A stretch of 64,000 bases of DNA from Promethearchaeota archaeon Loki_b32 (GTDB lineage: Archaea; Asgardarchaeota; Lokiarchaeia; Sigyniarchaeales; SOKP01), in NCBI GenBank assembly GCA_005223125.1, contig NJBH01000005.1:6509-70508 (forward strand), given 5' to 3'. Positions 38,701 through 48,791 of this stretch are shown here, in pieces. The notes under the pieces are model-generated. The model was not told the origin of the DNA and searched no databases. It was given only the letters and a program-made list of their open reading frames with translations. Each line of letters begins with the position of its first letter. Position 1 is the stretch's first letter. Both the position numbers and the translations under genes were made by a program.

Positions 38701-39567
38701 TAAAGCCGTATTATTCTTATAGAGTTTTCACCAAATATGGTAAGATAAAATGGATCGATCAGTTCTCAAGACCTATTATTTATCGAGGGAAACCAGCAGA
38801 ATTAGTCACCATCATGGATATTACTGAGAAAAAAAAAAGCCGAACAAGAATTAGTAAAACTCAACAGCTTAAAATCGGAGCTTCTTAGAAGAACTTCCCA
38901 TGAGTTAAAAACACCTCTTGTCTCAATTAAGGGATTTTCTGATCTTTTATTAACTGTACATAAAGAAAAATTAGATGATTATGTGTTAGCTACTATTCAT
39001 GAAATAAGACTCGGATGTGAAAGGCTAGAAAGTCTTATCCAAGATATTTTAAAAACATCTGAATTAGAAGCTGAATCAGTTGAGTTAAAAAAATCAGAAG
39101 AAGATTTATCATTTTTAATAAAATTGTGTATAAAGGAATTACAAGGCTTAATAAGGTTAAGAAATCATGAAACCAGCATAGATATACATGATAAGTTAAT
39201 AACTAGCTTTGAACCAGGCCAAATCCATCTTGTAATTAGCAATTTACTTAATAATGCAATAAAATATACTCCACCTAATGGTAAAATTGAAGTTAAATCT
39301 GCTATAACAGATAATTCTATTTTAATTTCGATCCATGATAATGGAATCGGAATAACCAATGAAGAAAAAAAAAGGTTATTCTCCCAATTTGGAAAAATTG
39401 AACGATACGGACAAGGGCTTGACATAATATCCGATGGTTCTGGTTTAGGATTATATATAACCAAAAGAATTGTAGAATTGCATGGTGGAAAGATATGGGT
39501 TAAATCTAAAGGAAGAAACAAAGGTTCTACCTTCAATTTTACTCTTCCATTAATTATTGAGAAATAA
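35787..39567 (+). pseudogene. Multi-PAS sensor histidine kinase interrupted by an in-frame TAG (38034-38036) and a +1 frameshift in an A10 run (38829-38838)
   Basis: Track ORFs 35787..38036, 38043..38888 and 38983..39567 are pieces of one gene. The first two share a frame across a single TAG. The H-box (RRTSHELKTPLVSIKGF) is encoded at 38839-38982 in the frame of the third piece. The reconstructed protein is collinear with 27904..31116 at the kinase end. Confidence 0.8.
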
Positions 39568-39673
39568 AATAAATAAACAAAATCTCAACATTTTTGTCTA
39601 GAACTCTTAAAACTTTTAAACCTTCCATTTACTATATAGAGTTAAATTATATTAATTATAATTGTGAATTCAT

Positions 39674-41128
39674 ATGGTCGAGTTTAATCCACAAATTTTA
39701 AGTAGAGAGGAATTAAGGGCAATTTCTGCAGGTGTGAATAAAGAAGAATTACTCTTTTTTGATAAACATTGTATAAATGTCTATTATGAACAAAATGTAT
39801 TAATTGAAGCGAAAGAACCAGGTTCTCCATGGGTTGTAGTAAGAGATTTTAAAACAGGAGAACAAACTGAAATTTTAGATTGTACATCTCAAAATTGGAC
39901 GTTAGCATTAGGTTTTGCTAACCCTGATATTAATTATGCCGTGGCAGAACAGATGAAAAGATTGACTCATATTAAATCGGATGTAGTATCTCCATCCCGA
40001 GCTAAGTTTATAAATAAATTGTCTGAATTGTCTCCAGGTAGATTGAAGGGAGGAAGAGTTCATATAAATAATGAAGGGGGTAGTTTAGCAATCGAAGCTG
40101 CCATAAAGCTTGCGTTAGTAGCATCTAGAGATGGAGATCATTTTTTAACTTTTAGAGGGGGATATCATGGGAATACATTAGCTATGTTAGCAGCTTCTCA
40201 ACCTTTCCATCCAATAACAAGATTTAGAACTTTCGGGGTAGATTTTTTTACACGAGTTCCACAACCATATTGTTATCGATGTCTATGGAACTATAAAAAC
40301 GGTTTATATGGTCAAAAAGATCCTCAGTGCAATATGGAGTGTTTCGATTTAGTTAAAGAATATTTGATGAATTTGACAACAAGAAAGCTCGCGGGAGTAA
40401 TTTTAGAACCTTATCAAGCAGCAGGCGGTCATATTCCCTTTCCACCCGATTTTCTTATAAAATTAAGAGAAACATGTGAAGAAGAAAAGATTTTTATTAT
40501 ATTTGATGAATCTCAGACAGCTGTTTGGAGAACTGGGAGATATTTTACTCTAACTGAAAAATATGAGAAAGAAAATGGATTAGATGTATCTCCTGATATG
40601 ATGTGCTTTACTAAAGCTCTTGGGGGAGGTTTCCCATTGGGTGCGATGATAGCCTCTACCAAAATTAAGAAAAGATTTACAGCCGCAGAAGATCACACAA
40701 CCTTTTGTAATACACCGATTGGTTGTACAGCGGGTCTTGCTTCTTTTATGGTTATAGAAAAAGCAAAAATTGGAGAAAATTGCGAAGAAAGAGGGAAGCA
40801 GATAACTAGACGATTAAAAGAACTCCAAGAAAAATATGATATGATAGGTGATATTCGAGGTCCAGGCTTGTTTATAGGAATTGAGCTAGTAAAAGATCAA
40901 AAGTCAAGAGAACCTTTTACAGAACTTATGGAAGATATGCTTCATGAGGGTGTAAGACAGAATATATTCTTTGGACCTAGTATGCCTTATCTTAGTGGAA
41001 CAGGTAAATTACTAATGCGAAATTTAATAAAAATAAAGCCCCCATTAAATATTACTGAAAAAGATGCTGAATTTATCTGTGATAAATTTGAAAGCGTACT
41101 AAAAGCATCGATTAATAATTTGAAATAG
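39674..41128 (+). CDS. Class-III (PLP-dependent) aminotransferase
   Basis: 484 aa. FIIFDESQTA and FTKALGGGFPLGA (PLP-lysine context) are typical of the acetylornithine/GABA/omega-aminotransferase class. Specificity cannot be determined. Confidence 0.8.
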   Translation: MVEFNPQILSREELRAISAGVNKEELLFFDKHCINVYYEQNVLIEAKEPGSPWVVVRDFKTGEQTEILDCTSQNWTLALGFANPDINYAVAEQMKRLTHIKSDVVSPSRAKFINKLSELSPGRLKGGRVHINNEGGSLAIEAAIKLALVASRDGDHFLTFRGGYHGNTLAMLAASQPFHPITRFRTFGVDFFTRVPQPYCYRCLWNYKNGLYGQKDPQCNMECFDLVKEYLMNLTTRKLAGVILEPYQAAGGHIPFPPDFLIKLRETCEEEKIFIIFDESQTAVWRTGRYFTLTEKYEKENGLDVSPDMMCFTKALGGGFPLGAMIASTKIKKRFTAAEDHTTFCNTPIGCTAGLASFMVIEKAKIGENCEERGKQITRRLKELQEKYDMIGDIRGPGLFIGIELVKDQKSREPFTELMEDMLHEGVRQNIFFGPSMPYLSGTGKLLMRNLIKIKPPLNITEKDAEFICDKFESVLKASINNLK

Positions 41129-41396
41129 CTTGAATTAAGAAAATGAATTAAGGTTGCGATGTTTGAATTTAAGATTTTTCTTGTGATATAAAGCTTAAAT
41201 ACTGAATAGATTTTGGCTTAATGGAAACTTCATTTTTATTATATGGAATTTCAAGGGTCCAATTTTTATTTCTTTCAAATATAATTCTGTCATTTCTTTT
41301 TCAAAAGGTATAAAAAAGCCAAAGTTTTTTATTTTTGGTCTCTTACCATTTATTAATTCTTTAGAAATTAAAGAATTTTGAAAAAAGTAATAAAAT

Positions 41397-41669
41397 TTGG
41401 TTTTAAAATTGGTAAAAGGAACAGTAAAATGGTTTAACAGCCGTAAAGGCTTCGGATTTATAAATTCTGACGAAGGAGGCGATGTTTTTGTTCATTACAC
41501 CGCATTATCTGGCGGAGACGACGAATATAAAACTTTAAATGAAAATGACAAAGTTGAGTTTGATGTTGTCGACGGTCAAAAAGGACCGCAAGCTAGCAAC
41601 GTTGTAGTGACTGAAAAAGCCCCTCCTAATCCATATAATAGAGGCAGAGGAAGAAATTTTCGCTTTTAA
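41397..41669 (+). CDS. Cold-shock domain protein with C-terminal RG-rich tail
   Basis: [15 protein letters not shown] (RNP1-like) and VFVHY (RNP2-like). The tail is [13 protein letters not shown]. There is no ATG; the likely start is TTG at 41409 ([10 protein letters not shown]) rather than TTG at 41397. Confidence 0.85.
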   Translation: MVLKLVKGTVKWFNSRKGFGFINSDEGGDVFVHYTALSGGDDEYKTLNENDKVEFDVVDGQKGPQASNVVVTEKAPPNPYNRGRGRNFRF

Positions 41670-41843
41670 ATTATAAGTCTTTGTAAATCTACAAAAAGGG
41701 AAATATAATATAAGAAATAAATAATAATTAAAAAAAAGAAAAAAATCTGTTTTTGTAATTGTTATCGAATCTTATCTTTTTTTTTATTTTATTTTTAATT
41801 GTCATTCTTAAATTGTATCTTCTATTTTATTGAAGAGAATATC

Positions 41844-41881
41844 ATAATAAAGGATATAAATATTATAATAAAGGATATAAA
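41844..41881. repeat. 17-nt direct repeat (ataataaaggatataaa) x2, period 21 nt
   Basis: Exact copies at 41844-41860 and 41865-41881, in the intergenic space between the convergent csp and acetoacetyl-CoA synthetase genes. Confidence 0.6.
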
Positions 41882-41904
41882 CAGTAAAGTAAAATAAAAA
41901 TAAA

Positions 41905-43902
41905 TTATTGAAGCTTATCTTTCATCTCCAAGTAGAAATCTAGTGATTCTGGGTTTCTAAGAGCTCCACGGTTAGTCACTTCCATTCCGTGGATAATTTT
42001 TGTAACGGCAATTTCGACTTTCTTGTTACTAAAGGTATAAGGTATGCCATCTGGGGGGGCTTGAAAGATTAGTTTAGGCACATGTCTTGGGGAGGTTTTT
42101 TTTCGTAGAGTTTGCTTTATTTTCACTTTTAAATCATCGTTTAGATCATATCCTTCATTTACCAATACGAACATTAATATTCTGATATCACCACTGAACT
42201 TTTGACCAATCACTAAGGAATCTGCTATTTCTGGTAGTTGTTCAACGACATTATAGATTTCTGCAGTTCCTATTCTTACACCACTGGGCTTAAGTACGGC
42301 ATCCGAACGTCCCCAAAATGTAATTCCACCAGTATCACTATGAATAACTATATAATCCCCATGCCTCCATATCATTTTTCCTACATCCTTATAATAATCA
42401 AAATACGCGGCTTTATATTTTGTCATGTTATCATCATCACCCCAGAAATGAGTTGGCATTGAAGGAGCAGGTGCCTCACATACGAGTTCTGCTTGCTCGT
42501 CTTCAATGGGTTCTGCATTTTCGGAATAAGACTCAACTTTCATTGCTAAAGCTCGACCTTGTAATTCTCCAGAATATACCGGAAGAATAGGTATTGCTCC
42601 CGCAAAACAACCATTTATATCAGTTCCCCCACTTATTGAATTAAAAAACAAGTCTTTCTTAATTTCTCTATATACATACTCGAATCCTTCTGGAGAAAGT
42701 GTAGATGCGGTTTGTGAGATTTCTCTTAGCGTACTTAAGTCATATTTTTCAGCTGGTTTAACCCCAAGACTCATGAGATAATGAATATAAGCTGCACTTG
42801 TACCGAAAATTGTTATTTTATGTTTTTCTATTAATTCAAAGAATCTAAGAGGATCGGGATAGAGGGGATTCCCATCATATAAAAAGATTGTTGCTCCCAC
42901 TGCTAGTGCACTAATCAACCAATTCCACATCATCCAACTTGGAGCGGTAATATAATTTATAATATCGCTCCTTTTGCAGTCAGTAGAAAGGATTAACTCT
43001 TTTAAATGATTGATAAGCACGCCTCCAGCACTCTGTACCATGCATTTTGGCTTCCCAGTTGTTCCCGAGGAAAACATTACATATAATGGATGATCAAATG
43101 GTAATTGCTCAAATTCTAGTGGGGGATCAGTATCTTTAGAAATAAAATCCTCCCAGTTTACTGCTTTAGGAATACTACTTACATCACACTTTCCTTCAGT
43201 TACATAGGATACTACTATTACTTTTTCTATTGAAGGAATAGCCTCAACAACGGCTTTTACATTTTCTCTTATATCAAACACTTTATCTCTATAAAAATAT
43301 CCGTCCACAGTAAAGAGAATTTTAGGCTCAATTTGACTAAATCTATCGATCACCGCACTTGGTTGAAGTTCACCACCACAAGATGCCCATGTACCACCTA
43401 AAGCTACAGCTGCGAGCATAGCAACAGGTGTTTCGATTAAGTTTGGAATAAAAGATACCACTCTATCTCCTACATTAACACCGGCTTCCTTTAGAGATTT
43501 AGCTAAGCGAGCCACAGTTTTATTCAATTCAGCATAAGTAATTTGCTTCGATACTTTGGTTTCACCTTGGAAGTCGAAGGCTAATTGATCATCCTTATAC
43601 TTCAAAAGGTTTTCAGCAAAGTTTAATTCCGCTCCAGGAAACCATTTTGTACCAGGAAAAACATTTAAGTCTTCTACTACTTTGTTAAAAGGTTTAGAAG
43701 CAATAATACCCGAAAATTTCCACATAGCATCCCAGAAATCTGGTATCTGTTCTACGGACCATTTGTATAGATCTTTCCCTCCTTTCAAATTCTGATCGTA
43801 TTTTTTATTGACAAATTCAATAAAGCGGGTTGCTTCCGCGTTTTTAATCCACTTTTCAGATGGTTCCCATAGTTTTTTTCTTACATCACTCATATTTTTC
43901 AC
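41905..43902 (-). CDS. Acetoacetyl-CoA synthetase (acetoacetate-CoA ligase, AMP-forming)
   Basis: 665 aa. The N-terminal KLWEPSEKWIKNAEATRFIEFV..LYKWSVEQIPDFWDAMWKF is characteristic of acetoacetyl-CoA synthetases. AMP-binding motif FSSGTTGKPK. Confidence 0.85.
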   Translation of the reverse strand: MKNMSDVRKKLWEPSEKWIKNAEATRFIEFVNKKYDQNLKGGKDLYKWSVEQIPDFWDAMWKFSGIIASKPFNKVVEDLNVFPGTKWFPGAELNFAENLLKYKDDQLAFDFQGETKVSKQITYAELNKTVARLAKSLKEAGVNVGDRVVSFIPNLIETPVAMLAAVALGGTWASCGGELQPSAVIDRFSQIEPKILFTVDGYFYRDKVFDIRENVKAVVEAIPSIEKVIVVSYVTEGKCDVSSIPKAVNWEDFISKDTDPPLEFEQLPFDHPLYVMFSSGTTGKPKCMVQSAGGVLINHLKELILSTDCKRSDIINYITAPSWMMWNWLISALAVGATIFLYDGNPLYPDPLRFFELIEKHKITIFGTSAAYIHYLMSLGVKPAEKYDLSTLREISQTASTLSPEGFEYVYREIKKDLFFNSISGGTDINGCFAGAIPILPVYSGELQGRALAMKVESYSENAEPIEDEQAELVCEAPAPSMPTHFWGDDDNMTKYKAAYFDYYKDVGKMIWRHGDYIVIHSDTGGITFWGRSDAVLKPSGVRIGTAEIYNVVEQLPEIADSLVIGQKFSGDIRILMFVLVNEGYDLNDDLKVKIKQTLRKKTSPRHVPKLIFQAPPDGIPYTFSNKKVEIAVTKIIHGMEVTNRGALRNPESLDFYLEMKDKLQ

Positions 43903-44089
43903 AATATATATCTATTATATCATTTTATAAAATTGAATTAAATAATTATTGAATATTGTGTAATAATGTTATCACATAATAATCGATATAATAAGAATTA
44001 AACGTTTAGAACTTAGATTATATTGAGATAATCAAAAATGAACTAACAAGAATCAGTCAGATAAATATATTAAACCAGATTGATGATTT

Positions 44090-44509
44090 TTATGTTGCTG
44101 CTAAAATTTCTGGTGGCTTAATTACTCTGTCAATAATATGAATTATCCCGTTTGAAGTAAAGATATCAGCTATTATTACCTTTGCCTTATTTATTATTAA
44201 ATCCTCGTCAGATTTAATTTCTAAATCCGGACCTAATAAAGTTGTAAGATTTTTCTCTAAAGATAATATTTTCGAATCATGTTCACCAGGAACAATATGA
44301 TAGTGAATAACATCTCTCATGAATTTAGTATCTCCCATTATTTCTGTTAATTTTTCAGAAGGAATTTTACCAAAAGCATCATTATTAGGTACAAAAATCG
44401 TAATTGGCCCCTTTCCCGATAATTCCTCAAAAACTCCTGTTAATTTTAGCATCTGAACAAATGTATAAAGATTTGTATCTTGCTTTAAAATCTCAATAAT
44501 TTTATCCAT
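44090..44509 (-). CDS. Fasciclin (FAS1) domain protein, no signal peptide
   Basis: 139 aa. TIFVPNNDAF and NGIIHIIDRVIKP are the two conserved FAS1 boxes. Confidence 0.8.
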   Translation of the reverse strand: MDKIIEILKQDTNLYTFVQMLKLTGVFEELSGKGPITIFVPNNDAFGKIPSEKLTEIMGDTKFMRDVIHYHIVPGEHDSKILSLEKNLTTLLGPDLEIKSDEDLIINKAKVIIADIFTSNGIIHIIDRVIKPPEILAAT

Positions 44510-44630
44510 TTTAAATATACCTCCTCATTTCAATTTGCTATATATATGAATTTTTTAATGCCATAAATTCAGATCAAAGATTAATATTTAAAGATTTCTT
44601 TTTACCATTTTATCTATTTAGACTTAGCTA

Positions 44631-46124
44631 TTAGAGAACTTTGTCTAAAACTTTTTGCTTATATTCAACATATTTACAAACTTTTGCTAATGCATTTACA
44701 GGTCTATCCCATAATTTAAAAAGAATAACACCATTCTTTCGAAGTTTTTTAGACCATGGACTATTAAAATTCATAGGGTTAACATAGAAGATAGGTACAG
44801 AATATTTTTTTGAGTTTTTCATTGTAGGATGGAGTAATTTCTGCGCTAATTTGTCTACAAATTCATCTGGTTGATGTTGAAATTCAGCATATTTAGCAAT
44901 TTGATCAAATTTTAGATATTCATCCAAGACTTCTTGGAATCCCACTACGCCATACTGAATTATCGCATCAATTTCTCCCGATTTCATCAACCTTTCAGGT
45001 AAAGTAATATAAAAATAAGGTAAATCCATATCAAAAGTACAATCTACAGGATTCTTAAAACTCGCAGTTGGGGGTAAATTATTTTTCAATTCTTTTTGAA
45101 GAGACTCTGAAAATTCTGGAACTATTAAACCATGATTTTCAGCGTTATTTGCAACCATTGCTCCCGGACCCCCCGAATTTGTTATAATACCAAGTCTTTT
45201 TCCTTTAGGTATTATTCCTTTTGAAAAAATAAGAGCAATATCTAAAAATTCTTGAACGTAATCAGTTTTTATTATACCTGTGTCTTTAAAGACTCCTTCA
45301 TATATTTTAGAATTTCCTGCGAGAGATCCCGTATGGCTTTGCAATGCTCGATTACCTGCTTTAGAACCACCAACATAAATTGCGATTACAGGCTTTTTTA
45401 GAGTAATTTCTTTTGCTATCGCTAAGAATTTTTTGCCTCTTTTAAGCTCTTCAATATATAAACCTATAATTTCTGTATATTTGTCGTCTTTGTAATACTC
45501 AAGGCAATCTACAATATCTACATTCGCTTCATTGCCTACAGATAAAGATCGACTTAACCCTAGATCTAAATTCTCAGGATCATACCATATATGACAGGAA
45601 AGAGTACCAGATTGGGATGCAATTGAAAATCTACTCCTCTTGAGATTTTCCCAAATAAAGATATTAAAGGATTTATTTTCTTCTTCTGGGCCATACCAAT
45701 TATTGTAAACACCCAAACAATTTGGACCAATAAATCTTATTCCATATTCATCTGCAATATTTTTGATTTCTTTTGTTAGAGTATTTTTACGCTCCCCTAT
45801 TAGTTCACGGAACCCTCCAGATATTAAAACTATTCTTTTCACACCTTTTATTCCGCATTCTCTAAAAATTTGAGGAACAGCTTTAGCAGGAAGAACAATG
45901 ACAACAAGATCGGGGATCTCTGGAACCTCAGTAATTGATTTATAAGCTTTAAAACCCATTACCGAATCTAATTTAAGATGAATTGGATACACATTCCCAT
46001 CGTAGCTTGATTTAATTAAATTCATAATCTGAAGGCCAGCTAAAGAATTGCCTTTATTATTCGCTCCATAAATAGCGACACTTTGGGGGTTCAAAAATCC
46101 ATGTAAGAAGTGAGATTCATTCAT
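44631..46124 (-). CDS. ADP-forming acyl-CoA synthetase, alpha (CoA-binding/ligase-CoA) subunit
   Basis: 497 aa. PQSVAIYGAN (CoA-binding), FIGPNCLG, SQSGTL and HTGSLAG (phosphohistidine loop). No ATP-grasp beta subunit lies adjacent. Confidence 0.8.
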   Translation of the reverse strand: MNESHFLHGFLNPQSVAIYGANNKGNSLAGLQIMNLIKSSYDGNVYPIHLKLDSVMGFKAYKSITEVPEIPDLVVIVLPAKAVPQIFRECGIKGVKRIVLISGGFRELIGERKNTLTKEIKNIADEYGIRFIGPNCLGVYNNWYGPEEENKSFNIFIWENLKRSRFSIASQSGTLSCHIWYDPENLDLGLSRSLSVGNEANVDIVDCLEYYKDDKYTEIIGLYIEELKRGKKFLAIAKEITLKKPVIAIYVGGSKAGNRALQSHTGSLAGNSKIYEGVFKDTGIIKTDYVQEFLDIALIFSKGIIPKGKRLGIITNSGGPGAMVANNAENHGLIVPEFSESLQKELKNNLPPTASFKNPVDCTFDMDLPYFYITLPERLMKSGEIDAIIQYGVVGFQEVLDEYLKFDQIAKYAEFQHQPDEFVDKLAQKLLHPTMKNSKKYSVPIFYVNPMNFNSPWSKKLRKNGVILFKLWDRPVNALAKVCKYVEYKQKVLDKVL

Positions 46125-46267
46125 TTATATTCCCTTATATCAAAAAATATTCCATGATTTTAAAACCTAAATTTTTATACCAAGAATAAAACTAATAAGA
46201 AAACTGTTTTAATATTTTTTAATAAAAAAAAAATTAATTATTTAATAAGAGAAATATAATTAGGCAG

Positions 46268-46585
46268 TTATTCTTCTTCCGCTGCTTTTTTCGCTATTTT
46301 TTCTTTAATTTTATCCCATGCTTTATCAATTGCTTTTTCAACTGCCTTATCTGTTAATTTTTTTATGATATCATTATCAAGCTGAGGTTCAATTTGTTCC
46401 ATTACTTTCTCATGTATTTTTCCTTTAACCTCATCTTCAATGATTTCACCTAAAGATGCATCTTCATCTTCAGCCAAATGTCCAGCAATTGTATCAATCA
46501 ATTCCTTGACTTTTTCCAAGATTGCAGGATCTAATCCTTTTGGAATTTCAGGTTTCTTTATTTTCGGAACTTTAAACGGACTCAA
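46268..46585 (-). CDS. Hypothetical Lys/Glu-rich helical protein
   Basis: 105-aa ORF with TTG start and a low-complexity charged sequence. Confidence 0.4.
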   Translation of the reverse strand: MSPFKVPKIKKPEIPKGLDPAILEKVKELIDTIAGHLAEDEDASLGEIIEDEVKGKIHEKVMEQIEPQLDNDIIKKLTDKAVEKAIDKAWDKIKEKIAKKAAEEE

Positions 46586-46646
46586 ATAAGCTCACTTATT
46601 ATTGATTTTAATGATTTGAATTACGGTATAATAAACAAAATAGTAA

Positions 46647-46847
46647 TCTTATTTAAATTTAGATATCTCTAAATGGGGCGTTGAAAAAGCTACGATCCCT
46701 AATCGTCTAATTAATTTTTCGGACACTAAAGGCTCTGTTGATGCATCGAGACCAGAATTCGGCACACATAATGAAGAAATTTACTGCAATTTATTAGGTT
46801 ATAGCCGAGATGAACTTAAGAATTGGAAGCGAAAAAAAATTATATGA
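46647..46847 (+). pseudogene. 3'-terminal remnant of a family-III (CaiB/BaiF-type) CoA-transferase
   Basis: Open frame without a start codon. It reads ..WGVEKATIPNRLINFSDTKGSVDASRPEFGTHNEEIYCNLLGYSRDELKNWKRKKII*, matching the family C-terminus pattern P.kfS.t......P.lGeH..E.l..lGys.eE...l. Confidence 0.55.
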
Positions 46848-46936
46848 ACAGAATGAGTAAATAAGAAAAAGAAGTATGGATTTTAATATTTAGTAAAATT
46901 ATTTTACATAATTTATTCAAAAAAAAGTGTTATATT

Positions 46937-47233
46937 ATGAGTGAAGAAGGAGAAGAAAAAGAAAATTTCGTAGAAAAATTGAATCAACAATTTACTGATT
47001 TCGTTGGAAGTGTTTTTGGCGAATCTGGAAAGGATTTTATTGAGGAAACTTCTGAAAAAATAAAAGAATTCAGTTCTGGTGCTATTGAAAAATTTATGGA
47101 ATTTAGCGATGATGTAATTGAAAAACTTAACTTAAATGAAAATGAACAAGTAATTAAAGCTCGAGATAGCGTAGAAGACTTGTTAAAACAAGCAGGACTC
47201 TTAAAAGAAAGCGAGGAAGAAGAGGAGTTCTAA
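46937..47233 (+). CDS. Hypothetical acidic protein
   Basis: 98-aa ORF, Glu-rich at both termini. No motif. Confidence 0.4.
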   Translation: MSEEGEEKENFVEKLNQQFTDFVGSVFGESGKDFIEETSEKIKEFSSGAIEKFMEFSDDVIEKLNLNENEQVIKARDSVEDLLKQAGLLKESEEEEEF

Positions 47234-47310
47234 TAGAAATTTAGAATTTTGGATTTAAATTTTATTTATTTCTTTATTTTAATTTAAAAACTAATTTTAA
47301 TTAAAATTAA

Positions 47311-47553
47311 TTACATAACATTAGCGTTTTTTAAGAAAGATTTAATTTCTTCTTGAGTTGCATTAAATAATTCTGATATAACCATTAAGGATGTTACCTC
47401 ATCCATTCCTAAACCAGTATAATCTTGATATAATTTTATCCAAGTTTCCTTTTGAGTATATTTTTCTGGATGCGTGCTCTGGATATGAGCCCAGTAAGGA
47501 TGTTCTAGCGCGACACCACAATATGGGCAAAACCTAGACTCTTCTTCACTCAT
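47311..47553 (-). CDS. Small C2H2-type zinc-finger-like protein
   Basis: 80 aa. CPYCGVALEHPYWAHIQSTH follows C-x2-C-x10-H-x4-H spacing. Confidence 0.45.
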   Translation of the reverse strand: MSEEESRFCPYCGVALEHPYWAHIQSTHPEKYTQKETWIKLYQDYTGLGMDEVTSLMVISELFNATQEEIKSFLKNANVM

Positions 47554-47692
47554 AAAATTAATCCCTAACCTTATTAATCATTTATATTTTTTTTTTTTTT
47601 TTGAGTAATTGTAATAAACCAATATTAGTATAAAAAATTTTTAATTTCGAAAATTTAAAAAATACGCACTGAGAGTTTTTTGTCATAATCTT

Positions 47693-48208
47693 TTATTCCC
47701 ATTTATTTTTCAAATCTTTTCTTGTAAGTTTTCTAACTTTAGCTATAGCCCAGACTACATAATGATAGCAATTCTTAGCCCATATTTTGTTTTTTTGATA
47801 TTCTTTCATGCCTTCCGGTTTGCTAAAATCATAACCACAGAGTTCTGAGCAAATAACCGTATTAAATTCTTTTTCAAATTCAGTTGCAAATTTCGCTGCC
47901 TTCAGATATGACATTAACATAGTTCCGTTGTCCATCCTTTCGTGTCCTCCCATAATAACTCCTATTGCTGAACATGCCCCGCAAACAGCACCGCAGGCTC
48001 CTTGCCAGCCCTCTTTAGATTTGTAACCACCAAACCCCCCAGCTAGAGGGATTGCAAGGTTATGAAAAATATGGCTATCGATTCCCAAAATATCTAGAAC
48101 ACTAGTCAATGTCAGTTCAGCACAATTGGCGCCCACTTTAAGTTTAGGTAATAATTCATTTAATTCTTTAATTTTTTCGTCAAATCTTTTATCAATGTTT
48201 TGTAACAT
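47693..48208 (-). CDS. C_GCAxxG_C_C family (putative redox-active) protein
   Basis: 171 aa. GACGAVCGACSAIG carries the family signature, with flanking conserved Cys (CAELT, CSELCG). Confidence 0.75.
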   Translation of the reverse strand: MLQNIDKRFDEKIKELNELLPKLKVGANCAELTLTSVLDILGIDSHIFHNLAIPLAGGFGGYKSKEGWQGACGAVCGACSAIGVIMGGHERMDNGTMLMSYLKAAKFATEFEKEFNTVICSELCGYDFSKPEGMKEYQKNKIWAKNCYHYVVWAIAKVRKLTRKDLKNKWE

Positions 48209-48341
48209 AATTATAACTTAATCTTAGTTTGTTGTTTTTAACGGTATAAATATATAGTCTAAAATTAAATATGAAAATAGCTATTAGTTTCTTAACAATA
48301 ATTTTTAGTAATATAATTATAAATCATATTTTTCTGACTCT

Positions 48342-48791
48342 ATGAGGAAGGAACTTTACGAGATAGGTTTTGTATTCCGAGGATTTGTCCTAGTCAATCA
48401 TACATTTAAAGAATTACCTGTTCAAAAAGACCATGGAATAAATAAGGATCTTAGAGGGGCATTTATTTCTGCTATTAATACATTTGTAGATACCGCTTTT
48501 AATAAAAATTCTTTAGAATATTTAGAGTCGGGAAATATCTTATTTATCTTTAAAATATCTGAAGTTCAATCCGTAGACAATCATGTTAAAGAACCAATAA
48601 TATTATATGGGTTAGTCGATAAGAGTAAAAAGAAATCAGATAAACTCGTTAGGAAATTTTTCGAGAAAGTTGATCCCGTGTTACAATTATTTATTCAAAG
48701 ATACAATGGAGTCGATTTCACTCAATTAAACCAATTTGAGTATTTTAATGAAACATTACTGGAGTTTTTTATAAAAAAAACTCAAGAATAA
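48342..48791 (+). CDS. Stand-alone longin-like domain protein
   Basis: 149 aa. LYEIGFVFRGFVLVNHTF..DLRGAFISAINTFVDTAF..GNILFIFKI..PIILYGLVD.. has the same bbabbba pattern and the same helix motif (..GFL.A...F) as the C-termini of the TPR proteins. Confidence 0.6.
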   Translation: MRKELYEIGFVFRGFVLVNHTFKELPVQKDHGINKDLRGAFISAINTFVDTAFNKNSLEYLESGNILFIFKISEVQSVDNHVKEPIILYGLVDKSKKKSDKLVRKFFEKVDPVLQLFIQRYNGVDFTQLNQFEYFNETLLEFFIKKTQE

